64,000 nucleotides of DNA from Cognatiyoonia sp. (GTDB lineage Bacteria; Pseudomonadota; Alphaproteobacteria; Rhodobacterales; Rhodobacteraceae). A program made the position numbers and the translations under genes. The notes beneath the pieces were generated by a model. The model saw only the letters and a list, made by a program, of their open reading frames with translations. It was not told the origin of the DNA and made no database searches. The stretch lies in assembly GCF_965661665.1 (NCBI RefSeq), contig NZ_CBFIEO010000009.1, positions 23,681 to 87,680 on the forward strand. The letters are read 5' to 3'. Within the stretch, counting starts at the first letter, position 1. Each line of letters opens with the position of its first letter. Of this stretch, positions 1 to 10,210 are shown in pieces.

Positions 1-724
1 TCGTCAGGATCTCAGATGGGTGGTTCACGCGGCGCCATGCCATGTCAGTAACGTGCAGGAGACCGTCAACACCGCCGAGGTCAACGAAGGCACCGTATTC
101 AGTGATGTTCTTAACGACACCGTCCACTTCCTGACCTTCTGCCAGGTTCCCGATAACCTCTGCACGCTGTTCTGCGCGAGATTCTTCAAGGATCGCACGG
201 CGGGACACAACGATGTTGCCACGGCGGCGGTCCATTTTCAGGATCTGGAATGGCTGTTTGAGGCCCATCAATGGACCCGCGTCGCGCACTGGGCGGACGT
301 CAACCTGAGAGCCTGGCAAGAACGCAACCGCACCACCAAGATCAACAGTGAAGCCGCCTTTGACACGACCAAAGATCGCGCCGTCGACACGCTCTTCATC
401 CGCATAGGCTTTTTCCAGACGATCCCAGGCTTCTTCGCGGCGCGCCATCTCGCGAGAGATAACAGCTTCGCCACGGGCGTTTTCTGCAGCGCGCAGATAT
501 ACCTCAACCTCGTCACCAACAGACAGGTCTGGGTCTTCGCCTGGGTTTGCGAATTCTTTCAGTTCGACGCGGCCTTCCATTTTGTAGCCTACGTCGATGA
601 TGGCTTGGCCCGCTTCAATTGCAATGACTTTGCCTTTGACAACGCTGCCTTCTTGCGGCGTGTCGATTTCGAAGCTTTCATTGAGGAGGGCTTCGAATTC
701 CTCCATTGATACGTTTTCAGCCAT
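1..724 (-). CDS. rpsA: 30S ribosomal protein S1, N-terminal ~241 codons (3' end runs off the window)
   Basis: Absent from the ORF track because it is open to the window edge. Reverse translation from ATG 724-722 gives MAENVSMEEFEALLNESFEIDTPQEGSVVKGKVIAIEAGQAIIDVGYKMEGRVELKEF...EGQEVDGVVKNITEYGAFVDLGGVDGLLHVTDMAWRRVNHPSE, i.e. successive S1 OB-fold repeats. The 20..709 + ORF is its antisense shadow. Confidence 0.9.
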   Translation of the reverse strand, partial: MAENVSMEEFEALLNESFEIDTPQEGSVVKGKVIAIEAGQAIIDVGYKMEGRVELKEFANPGEDPDLSVGDEVEVYLRAAENARGEAVISREMARREEAWDRLEKAYADEERVDGAIFGRVKGGFTVDLGGAVAFLPGSQVDVRPVRDAGPLMGLKQPFQILKMDRRRGNIVVSRRAILEESRAEQRAEVIGNLAEGQEVDGVVKNITEYGAFVDLGGVDGLLHVTDMAWRRVNHPSEILT

Positions 725-816
725 GTGGCGTTCGTTTCCTAACATTACATTTTATACGGGCCGGGTGGTTGTCTCCACCGGTCTTTAGATTTCAGTTGGT
801 CGAGACCTTGAAACGT

Positions 817-844
817 AAAAACAGGGTTGGACGAACCAACCCTG
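817..844 (-). terminator. Rho-independent terminator candidate downstream of the CAT-like remnant
   Basis: Perfect 9-bp stem CAGGGTTGG-acgaa-CCAACCCTG (822-844). On the minus strand it is followed by TTTTT (821-817). Confidence 0.5.
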
Positions 845-907
845 CTCGAGTCTCATTGCCCGCGCCTGTCTCGACGCTTAGACAAGCGGGCGTATAGGCC
901 CTTATTC

Positions 908-1560
908 CTAATGTGGCAAGGGCTTTGAGCGTAGTTTCGCTGAGAGGCCGTCAAGCGTGGTTTGAACCGTTTTAAAGAACGCGCCCACGTGTTCGCCATC
1001 CATGACGGCGTGATGCACCTCTAACGTCATCGCCATGCGCCAGACACCATCCGCGTCTTGGACGAATTTCTTCATGAAACGCGCGGGATGCAATCGTTGC
1101 GATCGGCCATTACGTTGTTCATCGACGTGTAATCTAGCCACGGCATACAGGAGAAGTACACAAGATCATCCCGTTCGCCCTCGTTGGGTTTGAATGCGCC
1201 TTTGGCAACCGCCTCCATCTCCGCCGCTGCGGCGCGGTCCAAGGTATGAAATCAGGATCGAAAGCGATGTAGGAATAGCCTAAGCCGCCCGCGTGCTGTG
1301 GCGCGGTTGCTGACATCTCCACCGCGTCATGTCGCACCACCTGATCGCCCCGAATCCGCAGACGCATGGCAGAGACTTTGTGGATCGCCTAGAGACGCCC
1401 GATGCGCAAACGGTTCAGCGCACCCTGTTTGCGTGAATAGGAGAAGTTCTCGCATGTGTCCCCAACAACATTCAAACGCTGGCCCCTCACATCAGATCAG
1501 ATCGGGTCATCTGACGGTGAGACACCGCGCCCGTCAATCATCTACGATTATTCAAAGATC
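908..1560 (-). pseudogene. Chloramphenicol-acetyltransferase-like (CAT family) gene, decayed: two frameshifts plus an in-frame TAG
   Basis: Three minus-strand frames are colinear with type-A CAT. They read RLRIRGDQVVRHDAVEMS...YSYIAFDPDF, then TLDRAAAAEMEAVAKGAFKPNEGERDDLVYFSCMPWLDYTSMNNVMADRNDCIPRVS, then FMKKFVQDADGVWRMAMTLEVHHAVMDGEHVGAFF (CAT HHAV-DG-H catalytic motif). Frame switches lie near 1245 and 1070. TAG is at 1391-1389. The 5' boundary is approximate. Confidence 0.6.
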
Positions 1561-1599
1561 AAACTGTCTTATGAGATTTGGCTGCGTCACCACTAAGCG

Positions 1600-2208
1600 C
1601 TAGCCGCGTTTGGCATTAATGGCAGCGATAGCTGCCGCGACCGCCTCTTCAATTGTCATGCCTGAGGTGTCGATTGTCACCGCATCCTCCGCCGCGATGA
1701 GGGGGGCCGTTGCGCGTTCGCGGTCGCGCGTGTCGCGGGCAATGACGTCTTCAAGCACGCCTTCGGATGTCACATCCGCGCCGCGTTCCTTCAGTTCCTT
1801 GTAACGACGGTCGGCGCGGGTTTCAGCGCTTGCTGTCACGAAAAGCTTCACATCGGCATTCGGGCAAATGACCGTGCCGATGTCGCGCCCATCAAGGACC
1901 GAACCGGGGCCTTGCGCGGCAAAGTTGCGTTGGAAATCGGTCAATGCGCTGCGGACCTCCGCTATGACAGCGACTTTGCTGGCTTCTTGCGCGACAGTTT
2001 GGGTGCGCAGGTCAGGGTTTTCGAGGTCGGTGGGCTGCAAGGTTTGTGCAGCAGCGATGGGTTCCGCCCCCGTCAGAACCTTGGCCCCGACCGCGCGATA
2101 AAGCAAGCCAGTGTCCAGATGTGCAAAGCCAAAATGCGCAGCAACGGCTTTGCTAACGGTACCTTTACCAGCGGCGGCAGGCCCATCAATCGTTATGGTA
2201 AATGGCAT
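1600..2208 (-). CDS. cmk: Cytidylate kinase
   Basis: [41 protein letters not shown] shows the P-loop and Cmk signature. I prefer ATG 2208 (GGAG 7 nt upstream) over the ORF-track start at 2253. Confidence 0.9.
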   Translation of the reverse strand: MPFTITIDGPAAAGKGTVSKAVAAHFGFAHLDTGLLYRAVGAKVLTGAEPIAAAQTLQPTDLENPDLRTQTVAQEASKVAVIAEVRSALTDFQRNFAAQGPGSVLDGRDIGTVICPNADVKLFVTASAETRADRRYKELKERGADVTSEGVLEDVIARDTRDRERATAPLIAAEDAVTIDTSGMTIEEAVAAAIAAINAKRG

Positions 2209-2274
2209 CTCACGCTCCACCCTTTGCTTGGCGTCTTGAGTAGCCGTTTGCAAAACGAAAGACCAGCGCAGTGG

Positions 2275-3627
2275 TCAGCTGTTGGACCGCATGATTTGCG
2301 CGCCGAGGTTTGCCATCAAGTCCTCGAAGATTGGGAACGACGTCGCAATGGGGGAGCCATCATCCACGCTCATCGGCTCTTGCGTGGCCATGCCCATCAC
2401 AATAAACGCCATTGCGATGCGGTGGTCGAGGTGACTTTCAACCGTCGCACCACCTGGCACGTTGCCGTGGCCAAGACCGGTGACTTTCCACCAATCTTCG
2501 CCTTCATCAACGGTGACACCCGCTGCACGAAGCCCCGTGGCCATTGCGTCAATACGGTCACTTTCTTTAACGCGCAGCTCTTTGACGCCCTGCATGTCGG
2601 TGACGCCGTCCGCGAAGGCGGCAACTACGGACAGGACGGGGTATTCGTCAATCATGCTGGCAGCGCGGGCGGGTGGTACGGCGATGCCTTTGAGATCGGG
2701 GGAGAATTTGGCGCGGAGATCGGCGACAGGCTCCCCCCCTTCTTCGCGAATATTCTCATAGGTGAGGTCTGCGCCCATTTCTTGCAGGGAGGTGAAGAGC
2801 CCTGCGCGGGTCGGGTTGAGGCCGATGTTCGGAACCAAAACGTCAGAGCCTGGCGTAATGATCGCAGCGCAGACAGGGAACGCGGCGGAGGATGGATCGC
2901 GCGGCACGACAATAGTTTGCGGTTTCAGGTTGGGTTGACCTGTGAGGGTGATCTTGCGGCCCTCGTCCGTCTCCTCAACCGTCAGTTCTGCACCGAAACC
3001 TTGCAACATACGCTCTGTATGGTCACGGGTGGCTTCCTTTTCGATCACGACCGTCTGACCAGGGGCACCGAGGCCCGCAAGCAGGACAGCGGATTTCACC
3101 TGAGCGGATGGGACGGGCACGGTGTATGTCACTGGCACCGGCATCTCCGCCCCGACAAGCATCATCGGCAAACGCCCACCCTCGCGCCCGTAGGCTTTGG
3201 TGCCAAAAAGCGCCAAAGGATCAGTCACCCGCCCCATCGGACGCCCGTTCAATGAGGCATCGCCTGTATAGGTGACCGTGATCGGGCATGTGGCCGCTGC
3301 CCCCATGATCAGGCGCACGCCTGTGCCAGAGTTACCGCAATCAATCACATGATCGGGTTCCATTAAGCCGCCGACACCAACCCCTTGCACCGACCATTCG
3401 CCGCCGCCGTGATCGGTGACAGTCGCCCCGAAAGACCGCATGGCTTTCGCGGTGTCGAGCACATCCTCACCTTCCAACAGGCCGGTAATCCGCGTTTCCC
3501 CCACCGCCAATGCGCCAAGGATCAGAGAGCGGTGCGAAATGGATTTGTCACCGGGAACATGCGCCTCCCCCTTCAAGGGGCCGCACTTGCGGGATGTCAT
3601 TGGAATGGGGGTACCGTGACCGGACAT
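2275..3627 (-). CDS. aroA: 3-phosphoshikimate 1-carboxyvinyltransferase (EPSP synthase)
   Basis: 450 aa. [51 protein letters not shown] is the typical AroA N-terminus. The aroA-cmk-rpsA order is the usual one. Confidence 0.93.
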   Translation of the reverse strand: MSGHGTPIPMTSRKCGPLKGEAHVPGDKSISHRSLILGALAVGETRITGLLEGEDVLDTAKAMRSFGATVTDHGGGEWSVQGVGVGGLMEPDHVIDCGNSGTGVRLIMGAAATCPITVTYTGDASLNGRPMGRVTDPLALFGTKAYGREGGRLPMMLVGAEMPVPVTYTVPVPSAQVKSAVLLAGLGAPGQTVVIEKEATRDHTERMLQGFGAELTVEETDEGRKITLTGQPNLKPQTIVVPRDPSSAAFPVCAAIITPGSDVLVPNIGLNPTRAGLFTSLQEMGADLTYENIREEGGEPVADLRAKFSPDLKGIAVPPARAASMIDEYPVLSVVAAFADGVTDMQGVKELRVKESDRIDAMATGLRAAGVTVDEGEDWWKVTGLGHGNVPGGATVESHLDHRIAMAFIVMGMATQEPMSVDDGSPIATSFPIFEDLMANLGAQIMRSNS

Positions 3628-3705
3628 AAAACCACCTTTGTTCGTTGTACCGTTCCCCTAGCCCATCGCCTGCGCAAGGTCCATCGCCTGCGTGTTCGGC
3701 GCAGC

Positions 3706-4419
3706 TCAGGTCCGGCGGAAAGTCAGATAATGCGGCGTGCGGCCTTCGCGCAGCGCCTTTTGTTCGTAACGGGTGGAATGCCAGTCCGCCCACGGCTCCC
3801 GCCAATCGGCGGGGCGTTCAGCCAGCCACTCAAACCCGTGCTTTGGCACCTGATCCAACGTTTGGCGGACGTAGTCTTTGATATCCGTGGCGACACGCAG
3901 TTCAGCGCCTGCGGCCATGACGCGGTGGAGCGGTTCGAGGTGTTCTGGCGTCACAAAACGGCGTCGGTGATGGCGTTTCTTGGGCCACGGGTCAGGGTAG
4001 TTGAGGAACACTTTGGTGAAGGTGCCGTCAGGGATCACATCGAATAAATCGCGCGCGTCCCCGGCGTGAATGGCGACATTCTCAACCCCCACTTTGCGAA
4101 TTTTGCCGAGCAGCATAGCAACGCCGTTGATGTAAGGTTCGCACCCGATGATGCCCACCTCTGGGTAGCGTTCAGCCATGTGGACGAAATGTTCGCCGCC
4201 GCCAAAGCCAATCTCCAACCACATCTCCCGCGCACCGAACCGTTCCTTCAGATCGAGCGGGATACGATCGGGGTTGTCGTCCCATGTGACAGGTCCAGGC
4301 GAGAGCGCGGTGAGATCTTCGTTCAGATAAGCCTCCTGCGCGTCGCGCAGACCTTTGCCTTTGAACCGACCGTAAAAATTGCGCCACGGCGCGCCTGAGG
4401 GGTGTTTCTTTGACGTCAT
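3706..4419 (-). CDS. trmB: tRNA (guanine-N7)-methyltransferase
   Basis: 237 aa. It has the SAM-binding WLEIGFGGGEHFVHMAERYPEVGIIGCEPY and VFLNYPDPWPKKRHHRRRF motifs. Confidence 0.88.
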   Translation of the reverse strand: MTSKKHPSGAPWRNFYGRFKGKGLRDAQEAYLNEDLTALSPGPVTWDDNPDRIPLDLKERFGAREMWLEIGFGGGEHFVHMAERYPEVGIIGCEPYINGVAMLLGKIRKVGVENVAIHAGDARDLFDVIPDGTFTKVFLNYPDPWPKKRHHRRRFVTPEHLEPLHRVMAAGAELRVATDIKDYVRQTLDQVPKHGFEWLAERPADWREPWADWHSTRYEQKALREGRTPHYLTFRRT

Positions 4420-4527
4420 GGGCCGCGGTTAGCAAAGCCAGCGGGGTGAGGCAATTGCCCGCGCCAGAAAAAGAAACGGCCCAACCTTTCGGGAAGGCTG
4501 GGCCGCAATAATTGGAGTTTGATCGGC

Positions 4528-5709
4528 TTAGACCGCTTTCTTGAGCGCATCGACCAGATCGGTGCGCTCCCAGCTAAAGCCGCCATCATCCTCTGGTTCG
4601 CGCCCAAAGTGGCCATAAGCGGCAGTGCGCTCATAGATTGGTTTGTTGAGTCCAAGATGCTGGCGGATACCGCGTGGGGTGAGGTCCATTACGTCGTCAA
4701 TGGCCTTCTCAATCGCGGCGTCGTCCACTTGCCCTGTGCCGTAAGTGTCAGCATAGATCGACAGTGGCTTGGCAACACCAATCGCGTAGGAAAGCTGGAT
4801 CGTGCAGCGCTCTGCCATGCCAGCGGCAACCACGTTCTTGGCCAAATAACGGGACACATAGGCCGCTGAGCGGTCCACTTTGGTCGGGTCTTTGCCGGAA
4901 AAGGCACCGCCGCCGTGTGGTGCAGCACCACCGTAGGTGTCGACGATGATCTTGCGGCCTGTCAGACCAGCATCCCCATCAGGACCACCGATCACAAAGG
5001 TACCCGTTGGGTTCACCCACCATTTGGTGTTGGCGGTGATAAGGCTGGAAGGCAGCACTTCGCGGATATAGGGTTCCACGATCGCGCGGATGTCGTCGCT
5101 TGTCTGGTTTTCATCGGCGTGCTGGGTGGAAAGCACGATGGAGGTGACCTCTACGGGCACACCATTTTCATAGCGCAAGGACACCTGGCTTTTCGCATCG
5201 GGGCGCAGTGTTGGTTCTTGGCCTGATTTTCGCACTTCCGCCAGACGGCGCAGGATCGCGTGGGAGTACTGGATTGGGGCGGGCATCAGCGCGTCGGTTT
5301 CGGTTGTCGCGTAGCCGAACATGATCCCTTGGTCGCCGGCACCTTCATCCTTGTCCTCAGACGCATCAACGCCCTGCGCGATGTGGGCAGATTGTTCGTG
5401 GAGCAGGTTGGTGATCTCGCAAGTCGCGTGGTGGAATTTGTCCTGCTCATACCCGATGTCCTTGATGCAGGCCCGCGCGATATCCTCGACCTTACCCATG
5501 TAAGAGCCCAGTTTATCAGAGTCGGAAAGGCCCACCTCACCCCCGATGACCACTCGGTTTGTCGTGGCAAAAGTTTCGCAAGCGACACGCGCCTCTGGTT
5601 CTTCGCTGAGGAATGCGTCGAGGACCGCGTCTGAGATACGGTCGCAGACCTTATCCGGGTGGCCTTCGGACACGGATTCCGACGTGAAAATGTAGTTTTG
5701 GCGTGCCAT
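4528..5709 (-). CDS. metK: S-adenosylmethionine synthetase
   Basis: 393 aa. [37 protein letters not shown] and [19 protein letters not shown] are canonical MetK motifs. Confidence 0.96.
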   Translation of the reverse strand: MARQNYIFTSESVSEGHPDKVCDRISDAVLDAFLSEEPEARVACETFATTNRVVIGGEVGLSDSDKLGSYMGKVEDIARACIKDIGYEQDKFHHATCEITNLLHEQSAHIAQGVDASEDKDEGAGDQGIMFGYATTETDALMPAPIQYSHAILRRLAEVRKSGQEPTLRPDAKSQVSLRYENGVPVEVTSIVLSTQHADENQTSDDIRAIVEPYIREVLPSSLITANTKWWVNPTGTFVIGGPDGDAGLTGRKIIVDTYGGAAPHGGGAFSGKDPTKVDRSAAYVSRYLAKNVVAAGMAERCTIQLSYAIGVAKPLSIYADTYGTGQVDDAAIEKAIDDVMDLTPRGIRQHLGLNKPIYERTAAYGHFGREPEDDGGFSWERTDLVDALKKAV

Positions 5710-5711
5710 GA

Positions 5712-5762
5712 GAGTGCTCCGATCAGAAAATTACTGCCACGTCAGGAAGCCGTTGTGACAGA
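5712..5762 (-). promoter_or_regulatory. SAM/SAH-type riboswitch candidate in the metK leader
   Basis: The minus-strand leader reads CUGUCAC-AACGGCUUCCUGAC-GUGGCAG-UAAUUUUCUGAUC-GGAGCA-CUCUC-AUG. It forms a 7-bp stem with one G-U pair. The loop UUCC can pair with the GGAG Shine-Dalgarno, giving an H-type pseudoknot. It closely resembles my memory of the Rhodobacterales metK SAM/SAH motif. Confidence 0.6.
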
Positions 5763-5796
5763 CCCGGGAAGTTGCTACGCGCGGCATGCAATCACG

Positions 5797-7275
5797 TCAA
5801 TGGTGAAAACGTCGCGCACGCAGAATGCCTAGTGTCAGCAGGAAAAGCGCCACCAATGCCGCCGGAATGTCGCCGACTTTTGCATAAAGGGTTTTCGGAA
5901 ATGCGGGCGGCAAGGCGGCGTCGATGAAACCGGCCATGTCGAGCGGGAGGGATTGAAGCACGCGACCCCGCGCGTCGATGACCGCGCTGATGCCTGTGTT
6001 GGCGGAGCGGATTATGGGCAGACCCCGCTCGATAGCTCTGAGCCGTGCTTGTGCGAGGTGTTGTTCCGGCCCTGCGCCTTTGCCAAGCCATGCATCGTTG
6101 GTGATGAGGAGGAGGAGCCGAGGGCGGCGATCTTTGGAGCCAATCTCTTCCGCAAATATGCCTTCATAGCAGATCAGTGGGCGGATTGGTCCGAGGTTGG
6201 GAATGTCGATCAAATCCGCCGTGGTGCCTTTGGTGAAACCAAACCCTTGGGAAGAGGCCAGACCGCGCAGGCCTAGGCGTGCTGCAATCTCCCCTCCCGG
6301 AACGAACTCACCAAAAGGGACAAGGTGCTGTTTGTCGTAGGTCGCCTCTATCACCCCACCGCGCCCAAGCAGGATCAGGCTGTTGTGAAAGATATCGCCG
6401 CCTGAGCGACGCTGCACCCCCGTGATGACAGGGATGCCTTCGGCCATGTCGGAGATCGCATCAAAGCTTGGTTGCGCATATTCGAGGATGTCAACAACGG
6501 CAGTTTCGGGCCAGACGATGAGGTCGACATCGCCACGGTCTGGGGTGCTGAGATCAAGCGTGCGTTGGAAGTTGATCGATTTATAGACTGGATCCCATTT
6601 CTCATTCTGAAGTACGTTGGGCTGAACGATGCGGATTGTGGGGGCGTCGGTTTCGACGGGTTCAACTGGAATGGGGACAAGCCATCCGGCGGCGATGGCG
6701 GCGGGAACCACCGCCCAAACGATGCGCCGCCGCGAAAGGTGGAAGATGGCCAGCGCCAATAGGAGGGCGATCAGCGTCAGGCCATGCGGCCCCCATAGCG
6801 CGGCAGATTGCGCGATGGGTGTGTCGATCCAGATGTGACCGATAAGCGCCCAAGGAAAGCCGGTGAAGATGTAAGAACGGGTGATTTCAACCAGCGTGAG
6901 TGCAGCAATAGCTCCGATGGCAGATTTCGGCGCGAACCGCGTCGCCAGCCACCCAGCGATGCCCCAGAAAATGGCCGCGCCGGAGGCCATGAGAATAATC
7001 GCAAACGGGGCCATCCAGCCGAAAGTGGCGGCGTCCACAAGGAACGGCTCAACAATCCAGCGCAGGCTGAGCGCAAAATACCCAAGGCCCAGCCACCAAG
7101 CGATGCCAAAGCCTTGTCGGGCTGTTTGCATGGAGACGTGCAGCGCCAGCCATGTGGCCAAGGCCAGAGGGGTCAGAAACCAAAGATCAGTAGGAGCGTG
7201 GCCCAGCGCGGCTGCGGCACCTAATCCGAACAGGCAGACGCGCCGCGGCCAAGGTTGCAGCAGCGCCCCCGTCAT
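5797..7275 (-). CDS. lnt: Apolipoprotein N-acyltransferase
   Basis: CN-hydrolase C-terminal domain (IVQPNVLQNEKWD, LIVWPETAV, LICYEGIF) after multiple TM helices. I place the start at ATG 7275 (MTGALLQPW...), 8 nt downstream of the corC stop. The ORF-track extension to 7455 overlaps corC. Confidence 0.88.
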   Translation of the reverse strand: MTGALLQPWPRRVCLFGLGAAAALGHAPTDLWFLTPLALATWLALHVSMQTARQGFGIAWWLGLGYFALSLRWIVEPFLVDAATFGWMAPFAIILMASGAAIFWGIAGWLATRFAPKSAIGAIAALTLVEITRSYIFTGFPWALIGHIWIDTPIAQSAALWGPHGLTLIALLLALAIFHLSRRRIVWAVVPAAIAAGWLVPIPVEPVETDAPTIRIVQPNVLQNEKWDPVYKSINFQRTLDLSTPDRGDVDLIVWPETAVVDILEYAQPSFDAISDMAEGIPVITGVQRRSGGDIFHNSLILLGRGGVIEATYDKQHLVPFGEFVPGGEIAARLGLRGLASSQGFGFTKGTTADLIDIPNLGPIRPLICYEGIFAEEIGSKDRRPRLLLLITNDAWLGKGAGPEQHLAQARLRAIERGLPIIRSANTGISAVIDARGRVLQSLPLDMAGFIDAALPPAFPKTLYAKVGDIPAALVALFLLTLGILRARRFHH

Positions 7276-7282
7276 CCGTGTA

Positions 7283-8170
7283 TCAGCCTTCGGCCAAGGT
7301 CGGCACGCGCACGCGCAGCCGTTTGATGCGCCGCGGGTCAGCGTCCAACACTTCAAACTCCGGACCATGTGGATGGGCAACCACTTCACCCCGCACGGGC
7401 ACATGCCCGAGCAGTTTGAATACAAGCCCGCCGAGCGTGTCGATCTCTTCATCATCGACGTCGGCGTCAGCTTTCAGGTCGATGCCAATCTCAACCCCAA
7501 ATTCATCGAGGGAAGTTTTAGCCTGCGCGATGTAGCAGCCGGGCTTTTCGAGGCGCCAGCTTTTGGCTTCTTCGACGTCGTGTTCATCCTCGATCTCGCC
7601 AACGACCTGTTCCAACAGGTCTTCGATGGTCAGCAAACCGTCTGTGCCGCCATATTCATCGATGACGAGGGCCATGTGGATCCGCTCTGCCTGCATTTTC
7701 TGTAGCAGGATGCCCAACGGCATAGACGGCGGGACGAAAAGAAGCGGGCGCACCAGTTTCATCAGGTCAAGTTTGGTGGTTGAGCCGCTAAAGCCGTGCT
7801 TCAGGGCGAAATCCTTGAGGTTCACGAACCCCAGTGGTGTGTCTAATGTGCCGTCAAACACAGGCAGTCGGGTGAGGCCGCTGTCACGGAAGACTTTCAC
7901 CAGTTCCGCTTTCGCAATGGTGACGGGGACGGCTGTAATGTCCGCCTTGGGCACCATGACTTCCTCCACGCTCATCCGGCGCAGGTTCAGCATGCCTAGC
8001 ATTGGGAGTTGGGGTTTCGTCTCCACACTTTGGGCTTCGGGTTTCGGTTCGCCGTTTGTAGTCGAATTGACACCAAAGATGCGGCTCAAGAAGCCACGAT
8101 CGTGGGAAGTTGATTGAATGTCCTGCGCGCTCCGCGCTGCGTTAGAGGACCCGTCGGGTGTGTCGCCCAT
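7283..8170 (-). CDS. corC: CBS-domain HlyC/CorC family protein (Mg/Co efflux-associated)
   Basis: 295 aa. It has a CBS pair (VEEVMVPKADITAV...LTRLPVF) plus a CorC_HlyC C-terminal domain (GHVPVRGEVV). It sits in the conserved phoH-ybeY-corC-lnt order. Confidence 0.8.
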   Translation of the reverse strand: MGDTPDGSSNAARSAQDIQSTSHDRGFLSRIFGVNSTTNGEPKPEAQSVETKPQLPMLGMLNLRRMSVEEVMVPKADITAVPVTIAKAELVKVFRDSGLTRLPVFDGTLDTPLGFVNLKDFALKHGFSGSTTKLDLMKLVRPLLFVPPSMPLGILLQKMQAERIHMALVIDEYGGTDGLLTIEDLLEQVVGEIEDEHDVEEAKSWRLEKPGCYIAQAKTSLDEFGVEIGIDLKADADVDDEEIDTLGGLVFKLLGHVPVRGEVVAHPHGPEFEVLDADPRRIKRLRVRVPTLAEG

Positions 8171-8176
8171 TTTCTC

Positions 8177-8707
8177 CTATCCTGAATGCGCGCCACCTTG
8201 GCGCGACTGTTGGCTATATGGGTCAGGCTGACCCAATGTTGCAAGTATCTGCGTCTCCAGCCTTTCCATCAACTCCGCATCGGCATCGAGTTCGTGATCG
8301 TAGCCAAAAAGATGCAGGGTGCCGTGGATGAGCAGGTGAAGCGTGTGACTTTTCAATGATTTATCGGCATTTTGCGCCTCGGCAAGACAGGTGTCGTAGG
8401 AAATTGCGACGTCACCCAGAAAGGTATCGCCGCTCATTTCCTGTAACACTTCCAGCGGTTTCCCGCCGTCATCCTCCGCTCCGCGTTCAGCAGACGGCCA
8501 ACTGAGCACGTTAGTGGGGGTCGGTTGGCCGCGAAATTCGGCGTTGAGATCCGCGATCTTGTCGTCGTTGCAAGCTAGCAAGCCAATCTCGAACCGTTCG
8601 GGATTGTAGCCCAGCTTGCGCAGCGTCGCATCATAGGCTTGAAACGCGATCTGCAATATCCCCGCTTCCGCCCAACGGCGATCCTCAATGATGCAATCGA
8701 CCGACAT
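8177..8707 (-). CDS. ybeY: rRNA maturation endoribonuclease YbeY
   Basis: HLLIHGTLHLFGYDH zinc-binding signature. Its ATG overlaps the phoH stop (TAATG). Confidence 0.92.
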   Translation of the reverse strand: MSVDCIIEDRRWAEAGILQIAFQAYDATLRKLGYNPERFEIGLLACNDDKIADLNAEFRGQPTPTNVLSWPSAERGAEDDGGKPLEVLQEMSGDTFLGDVAISYDTCLAEAQNADKSLKSHTLHLLIHGTLHLFGYDHELDADAELMERLETQILATLGQPDPYSQQSRQGGAHSG

Positions 8708-9726
8708 TAGCTGTCCGTGTCCGCCTCATACGCCTCAATAATCGCAGCGACCAACGGGTGACGCACGACATCCTTGGAAGTGAAGTAGTTGAAGCTGATC
8801 TTCGGGATGTTTTTCAGCAACCGCTCCGCATCCCAGAGGCCGGAACTCACCCCACGCGGCAGGTCGATCTGCGTGCGGTCGCCGGTGATGACCATGCGGC
8901 TACCCTCTCCCAGACGGGTCAGGAACATTTTCATCTGCATGGAGGTGGCGTTTTGCGCCTCATCAAGCACGACAAAGGCATTGGACAGCGTTCGACCCCG
9001 CATGAAGGCCAAGGGCGCAATCTCAATCCGTTTTTCTTCGATCAATTTTGCGGCCTGCTTGCCCGGCAGGAAGTCGTTCAGCGCGTCATAAAGCGGTTGC
9101 ATATAGGGATCGACCTTGTCCTTCATATCGCCGGGCAGGTAGCCCAGCTTTTCGCCTGCTTCGACCGCGGGGCGTGACAGGATGATCCGGTCGACCTGAC
9201 CGTTGATGAACATGTTCACGCCGACAGCCACCGCAAGGTAGGTTTTACCCGTACCCGCAGGCCCGATCCCGAAGGCCAGTTCGTTGTCAAAAAGCGATTT
9301 GACGTAGGTCTTTTGCGCATCCGTGCGCGGCTCGATCAGTTTCTTGCGGGTCTTAATCTCGATCCGGTTAGCGGAGGCGTCGCCTTTGAACAGTTCCTTC
9401 TGATCGTCGGCAACGATGGGCGAATAGCCTTCGGTCATATCCATGCGCAATTCGCGGTCGACGTCACCGCGTTCCACCGATTTGCCAGCCTCAAGCCGCT
9501 GGTAGATGGATTGCAACACACGCGCAGCTGTCTTTTGCGCATCCTCTTCCCCAAGGATCGACAGTTGATTGCCCCGCCGCAGGATTTGGACGGATAGCGC
9601 AACTTCGATTTCGGTGAGATTGCGATCGTATTCGCCGCACAGATCAATCAGCAAGAAATTGTCGGGAAATTCCAACACCAATTCGGCGTTGAGGTCAGTC
9701 GGTGGGGTCAGGGCGCTGGTGGCCAA
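8707..9726 (-). CDS. phoH: PhoH-like ATPase
   Basis: 339 aa. Walker A GPAGTGKTYLAVAVGV, VLDEAQN, and the PhoH-family tail ITGDRTQIDLP. Confidence 0.9.
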   Translation of the reverse strand: MATSALTPPTDLNAELVLEFPDNFLLIDLCGEYDRNLTEIEVALSVQILRRGNQLSILGEEDAQKTAARVLQSIYQRLEAGKSVERGDVDRELRMDMTEGYSPIVADDQKELFKGDASANRIEIKTRKKLIEPRTDAQKTYVKSLFDNELAFGIGPAGTGKTYLAVAVGVNMFINGQVDRIILSRPAVEAGEKLGYLPGDMKDKVDPYMQPLYDALNDFLPGKQAAKLIEEKRIEIAPLAFMRGRTLSNAFVVLDEAQNATSMQMKMFLTRLGEGSRMVITGDRTQIDLPRGVSSGLWDAERLLKNIPKISFNYFTSKDVVRHPLVAAIIEAYEADTDS

Positions 9727-9816
9727 TCAAGTCTCCTGATTCAAGTTCACTTCTATGGTGGCAAGCTATGTAAGGCTGTGCAAGCCGATGTCCCAAAATG
9801 TCACGAAAATGACAAC

Positions 9817-9846
9817 AAAAAAGGACCGCAGCTGAAACCGCGGCCC
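9817..9846 (-). terminator. Rho-independent terminator candidate after the lipoprotein gene
   Basis: The minus-strand RNA GGGCCGCGG-UUUCAG-CUGCGGUCC forms a 9-bp stem with two G-U pairs, followed by UUUUUU. Confidence 0.5.
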
Positions 9847-9869
9847 ATTTGATGTGTAATCCAGCACTC

Positions 9870-10187
9870 TTAGAGCGGGTCTGTGATGTCTGTGCCCTGA
9901 CGGAACGGGCCGGTCGCTGTGTTGGGCGGTGCCACGCCGGAACAAACCGGATGTCCATCTGGGGTCAGCCGCTCGGACAGATAGCCTTCGATCCCGTCGT
10001 TGCTGATCCAGTGTTCACAGCCGTTTGGATCAACCCACATGCCGGCAACAAGGTTGCTGAGTTTTTTGGCGTCTTGGCCTGCGTCCACGAAGCGTTCAGC
10101 ACTCGTGCGGTTGCCCCCTTCAATGAACGCGCAGCCGGAGATTGACAAAGCAGTCAGCGAGGCAAAGGTCAGTTTTACAAGTGTCAT
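9870..10187 (-). CDS. Small lipoprotein with a Cys-containing DPNGCEHW...DGIEGY...DGHPVC motif
   Basis: MTLVKLTFASLTALSISGCA is a signal peptide with a lipobox. I prefer the start at 10187 over 10211. The function is unknown. Confidence 0.6.
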   Translation of the reverse strand: MTLVKLTFASLTALSISGCAFIEGGNRTSAERFVDAGQDAKKLSNLVAGMWVDPNGCEHWISNDGIEGYLSERLTPDGHPVCSGVAPPNTATGPFRQGTDITDPL

Positions 10188-10210
10188 CGATCTTTCCCCT
10201 ATCTCAAGCA

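Noticed and set aside
20-709. 229-aa + strand ORF at the window start
   Set aside because: It is the antisense shadow of rpsA. The minus strand encodes an unmistakable S1 protein over the same bases.
1912-3255. 447-aa + strand ORF
   Set aside because: It lies antisense to cmk and aroA. It has an Arg/Gly/His-rich low-complexity composition typical of high-GC shadow ORFs, and no recognisable motifs.
7276-7455. 60-codon N-terminal extension of the lnt ORF
   Set aside because: It overlaps the 3' end of corC and lacks membrane-protein character. ATG 7275 sits just after the corC stop and begins the first TM segment.
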